Positions 46,199-50,095 of a stretch of DNA of 50,095 bases are shown piece by piece. A model generated the notes under the pieces. The model made no database searches, was not told where the DNA came from, and was given only the letters and a program-made list of their open reading frames with translations. The DNA comes from Octopus bimaculoides (Eukaryota): assembly GCF_001194135.2 (NCBI RefSeq), contig NC_068990.1:12301769-12351863 (forward strand), written 5' to 3'. Position 1 is the first letter of the stretch, and the number at the start of each line of letters is the position of its first letter. The position numbers were made by a program, and so were the translations under genes.

Positions 46199-47989
46199 TC
46201 CATTGATTAACCAAAAGGATTAATCCATGGACTCACTACACAAAGCAGCTGACAAGATAAAACTACTTTCCTTTCTAATAAAAGGAATAAAAGCACATAT
46301 ATATCATCTTCAAATGATGAGGAAAGCCTTTAAATGATTGCTTGACCTAAATGAAATAGTAGCTAAATCCCTCCCAAACCATGCTCAGCAATCTGTTTTA
46401 CAGATGCATTAAACAATGCACTCTGAAATACACTCATCATGAAAAGGAAATGAGATAGTCGTGGCTGGAATGTCTTTGACCATAGATTTTCTGCTCCTTT
46501 AGAACCAGCTTGGAGCTAAACATCAATAATCACAGCCTATTCATTCTCATAGCAAATACTTCTGGAGAAATCCAAGCCTCCTTACCCTTCTTCTCTTTCT
46601 TTCTCTTGTTCATGCATACAGATACACATGAATACATAGCCAGGCAGTTTCCAGTGTCTCTCCACACTTAAGTATTGAATGTGTTGTGTGTGTAACTGTA
46701 CAATCATTTGCTTCCATGCTTATATGTCTATAGTATGTCCCTTGAGTTTTTTAAAATCTTCTATACTCATCTATCAACTGGTTTAAATTGCAAAGTAAAT
46801 GCCAGAAGCTGAAGAGTGTAGTTATCATTTGAGAGGAATGTGGTGTCATTCGGATGTCATCACAGATTTATTTATTTATTTATTTGCTTTTTCTTTTATT
46901 TTTTCACATCTAGAATATTAAACAAAAAATCACCACAGTTTAATTCCATTTAGGTATTAGAAAACAATTAGTGGTTTAAATACATTTTTTAATATATATG
47001 AAGTGACAGGCCCATGCAATTCAATAAAGAGATAAGGCGATTGAAATATAATAGAAATTAAAACAAGTTAACTTAAACTTCCTTGCAATTGTTGTGCATT
47101 ATGTTTGAAGTATACTTGAGAACGTTGATGAGTGAATGGTACAAAAGGAAAATGTTATTTCAAAGAGAGAGGGAAAGATGACAATGGACAAGCGGTAGCA
47201 TAGAAAGCAAGAGCTGTGCAGTGCAAGTGGTATAAACTGAAGAATAAGAAAGGAATGAAATTAAATAGTTTGGTGAAACATAAGCATTGATAACAATAAG
47301 TAATGCATGCTATTGAAAACTTCTTATGATAGCATCGGATACAATGAGAAATCAACACACAGTAATAAAAGCATGGAGAAATATATTGGCGAGGACTTTA
47401 AATGGTTCTCAGCTACTTACCAATAATGTGGAATTCCCCTCAGCTTACTTTGAAATGTAATGATAAGAAGCAAAACTATACAGAGCTAAAGTGATATCTT
47501 GGGTACACTTGCAATGAAATGATGCTGAAGTTTTGAAGCATTCATTTCAATAGATGTTTAATCATATCATTCTCATCGAGCAAGGCTTCATGATTAGATG
47601 GAAAACTTAGAAACAAGTATTAGATGAATGTTCAAATTGCACTGAATTCTCCATAGATTTATAACAGGTATACTACAGGTCATTTACAATGAATTGGATT
47701 CTCTCAGGGAGATTTTGGTCAGCTTGTAAAAAGGCATGAAAGCAGAATGGTATTGTGAATGGATCAATTAATGAGTGGTTGTGTTACATCTAGATATTGT
47801 ACAATGATGATTGCTTTTACGTTTCTATCTCATACTAACTCTAATAATAGTATTGTTATTATTATTGATAATAATAAGAATAATGATATAAAAAGGAAAA
47901 GAATGAAAACGATAATATCAATAGTAGCAACAACAAAAATAAAGCTAATAATGTTAATAACATTAGTAAAATATAAGAGTATAATTATA

Positions 47990-48058
47990 ATGATAATAAT
48001 AGTAATAGCTAATAATAATAATAATAATAATAACAACAACAACAACAACAACAACAAC

Positions 48059-48109
<51 letters not shown>

Positions 48110-48229
48110 TATCATTGCTATCATTGCTGCTGGCACCACCATTGCCATTGTCACACCAACACCACCATTGCCATTGTCACACCAACACCACCACCTCTAT
48201 CGTCATCGTCGTCGCCGTCGTCGTCGTTG

Positions 48230-48260
<31 letters not shown>

Positions 48261-48262
48261 TT
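47990..48262. repeat. (AAT)n(AAC)n(AAT)n plus a CAT/CAC/CGT mosaic with a 26-bp tandem duplication
   Basis: CACCACCATTGCCATTGTCACACCAA x2 at 48134-48185. Confidence 0.95.
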
Positions 48263-48305
48263 TTCTATATCTGTTTTTCCATACTGGCATAATTTCAATA
48301 GGTTT
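48230..48305 (-). mobile_element. Degraded D-type RTE tail
   Basis: (CAT)nTTTT...CTGTTTTTCCATACTGGCAT, same layout as 8272-8300 and 4325-4365. Confidence 0.55.
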
Positions 48306-48429
48306 CGCATCATTTCCTCACTTTCTCTGCCTATTCTTCACCGTTTGCCATTCACAGGAACAGAAAACTGCCAATCTTTGTTGTTACTGCTGTTGCTTAT
48401 GTCACGCTTTCTGAAATGGCTTGTTTAAG

Positions 48430-49390
48430 AACACTAATATTGTACTAGACAAAGAAGCAGAAGAAATAAGTACTTTAGACCAATCACAGACTTACAATTA
48501 CTAAGTGATCAATGAACTAGACAATATAACACACCAATAGAAGAAAAAGTTACAAAGGAATATTATAGACACATTAGATTAATACATAAAACAGAATTAA
48601 ATGTAAAATACAAAGTAATGGGTATCAATACACTAGTTGTACCAGTAATAAATTATAGTTATGTATTCTCAATGAGATGTTATATGAACTAGAAAGATTA
48701 GATTGAAAAAGCATGAATAGTAATAACTACATGTAGAAAATACGACTCCAAATCTGACAATGAGTGATTATACTTACCATGAAAACAGGGATAGATGATT
48801 TTAGGTAAGTGGAAAACTATTATAAAATATCCACTGTAGGACTACAAAATATCTAGTGAAGAACAATGGGAAACTAATACAAATATCTACAAAACATGAA
48901 CAAATCAAAAAGATTGTTTCGGCCCTCAATGAAACCACGAATATAAAATGGAATCTGAAGTGACAGGGAGTTGCGAGAAGAAAGGCGAAACAACAACTGG
49001 AATTATGATAAGGCTAAAAAAATAAGGTAAAAATGTGGCCAGTGAATGCCATGAGTAATTGATGGCAAGTAAAGACCTTTTGTAGTTTAGTGATTACAAA
49101 GTAATTGTAAGTTTATGTTGGGTCTAGTTCTCTTATCTCTGTTTCAAGCTGAACATGGTGGTAGTAGATAAGGAAAATGTGTAACATTGGCTGAAAAGCA
49201 CAAGATTCTAAGCTGAAACTGAAGAAGTCTTGATTGTGATATACGATCAAAGCTTTCTGTATTGAAACCATTGAAAGTATGTAATGAAGGAGAATACATT
49301 AAGTAACTGCAGAAGAAACAATTAACCATATTATCTCTAGTTACCAGTCTTAACCATGAGAGAATATATCTAGAAGCATGCCAGGGGTGG
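48430..49390 (+). mobile_element. Decayed R4/Dong-clade non-LTR retrotransposon fragment, RT C-terminus to the CCHC region
   Basis: Remnants LDQSQTYNY, EKVTKEYYRHIRLIHKTELN.KYK..GINTL.VPVI.YSY, KSD.E*LYLP*KQG (ERLYLPRK with two R codons read as TGA), HWLKS...AETE...DQS, NCR..ETINHIIS...PVL...EYI. These match the recalled R4/Dong/Rex6 pattern. Confidence 0.8.
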
Positions 49391-49432
49391 AGAAAACAGA
49401 GAACAATCCTTGTAAAAGTGTCTTGGAATGAT

Positions 49433-49730
49433 TTCATCATCATCATCACCATCATTGTTGTCATCGTCGTCGTCATCGTCATCATCATCACCATCGTCAT
49501 TATCATCATTTTAACATCTACATTTCCATGTTTGCATGGGTCAGACAGAATTCATTGAGCAAGAGTTTTTACATAGAAGCTTTCCAGCTGCCAACACTCA
49601 CCTGTTCTCAGGTGAGGTAATATTTCTCCATGGTCAGATATGTTTCACCAAAAACTAGAAACAAACGACACTGCTTTGAGAGTATGAGAGTGGCACTTGC
49701 TTACAACTATCACATGTCAATACAAATTGA
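49433..49730 (-). mobile_element. D2 RTE-type 3' end with a long CAT/CGT tail
   Basis: TTTTAACATC...CCATGTTTGCATGGGTCAGAC...CCAACACTCACCTG...ATATTTCTCCATGGTCAGATATG...GACACTGCTT. Confidence 0.75.
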
Positions 49731-50095
49731 CATAAATACACACTCACATGAACATACATGCATACATGATATTTTTCCAAATACCAAATGCTCAATCTTG
49801 ATCTGTGCTTGTCCCAGGACTGGAAATTAGCAACAGAAAGATAAGATATGTTAAATGCCCAATGACTATCCCTTTCTGTTCTTGTTGTCAAGGTTGATAG
49901 GAATATACAATCCTAATGGGTACCGTATTACATTTTACTGGTTAATAATGCTGGCTAACCTCAGTGAGTGCAGAAAAACTCCACCAGAAACATATGTAGC
50001 TGCAGAAATGGAAAGACGTGATTGCCAGCAGAATAAACTTGATATATAAATCTTTATTCTCCTTATTAATTTATATATATATATATATATATATA

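Noticed and set aside
542-50049. Most ORFs of 60 aa or more in the supplied track (YIYI, HTHT, VCVC, poly-P/H/N/I/X)
   Set aside because: They are translations of di-, tri- and tetranucleotide repeats or N-gaps; no recognisable domains, and overlapping frames on both strands.

Overview
Eukaryotic, AT-rich, repeat-saturated non-coding DNA from a gapped draft assembly. It has seven N-runs totalling 3,568 nt, nearly all flanked by microsatellites. The interspersed repeats and extreme microsatellite density look like a coleoid cephalopod, probably Octopus; this is an inference from recalled repeat families, not a database result. I can support no host protein-coding gene, rRNA, true tRNA or CRISPR array. 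Almost all ORFs in the supplied track are translations of microsatellites, N-gaps or decayed retroelements. The window holds: (1) at least five SINE-like families, labelled A, B, C, E and F here, with shared or swapped modules; (2) many 5'-truncated RTE-clade LINE 3' ends with (GAT)n tails (D1, D2), tied to RTE by an ORF2 C-terminal remnant at 8.5-8.7 kb; (3) a decayed RTE reverse-transcriptase fragment at 40.9-42.0 kb split by a Tc1/mariner MITE and carrying a Cys/His-rich insert; (4) a decayed R4/Dong-clade LINE fragment at 48.4-49.4 kb; (5) non-autonomous DNA transposons of hAT, pogo/Tigger, mariner and TTAA/piggyBac-like types. The best candidates for undescribed biology are a repeated pseudoknot-capable motif in the RTE 3' UTR, a CpG-rich multi-hairpin element at 26.7 kb with partial hammerhead-like geometry, the zinc-finger-like insert inside the RTE RT, a chimeric SINE, and a nested direct/inverted duplication at 29.8-30.3 kb. 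All are hypotheses that need checking. Boundaries of decayed repeats are approximate.
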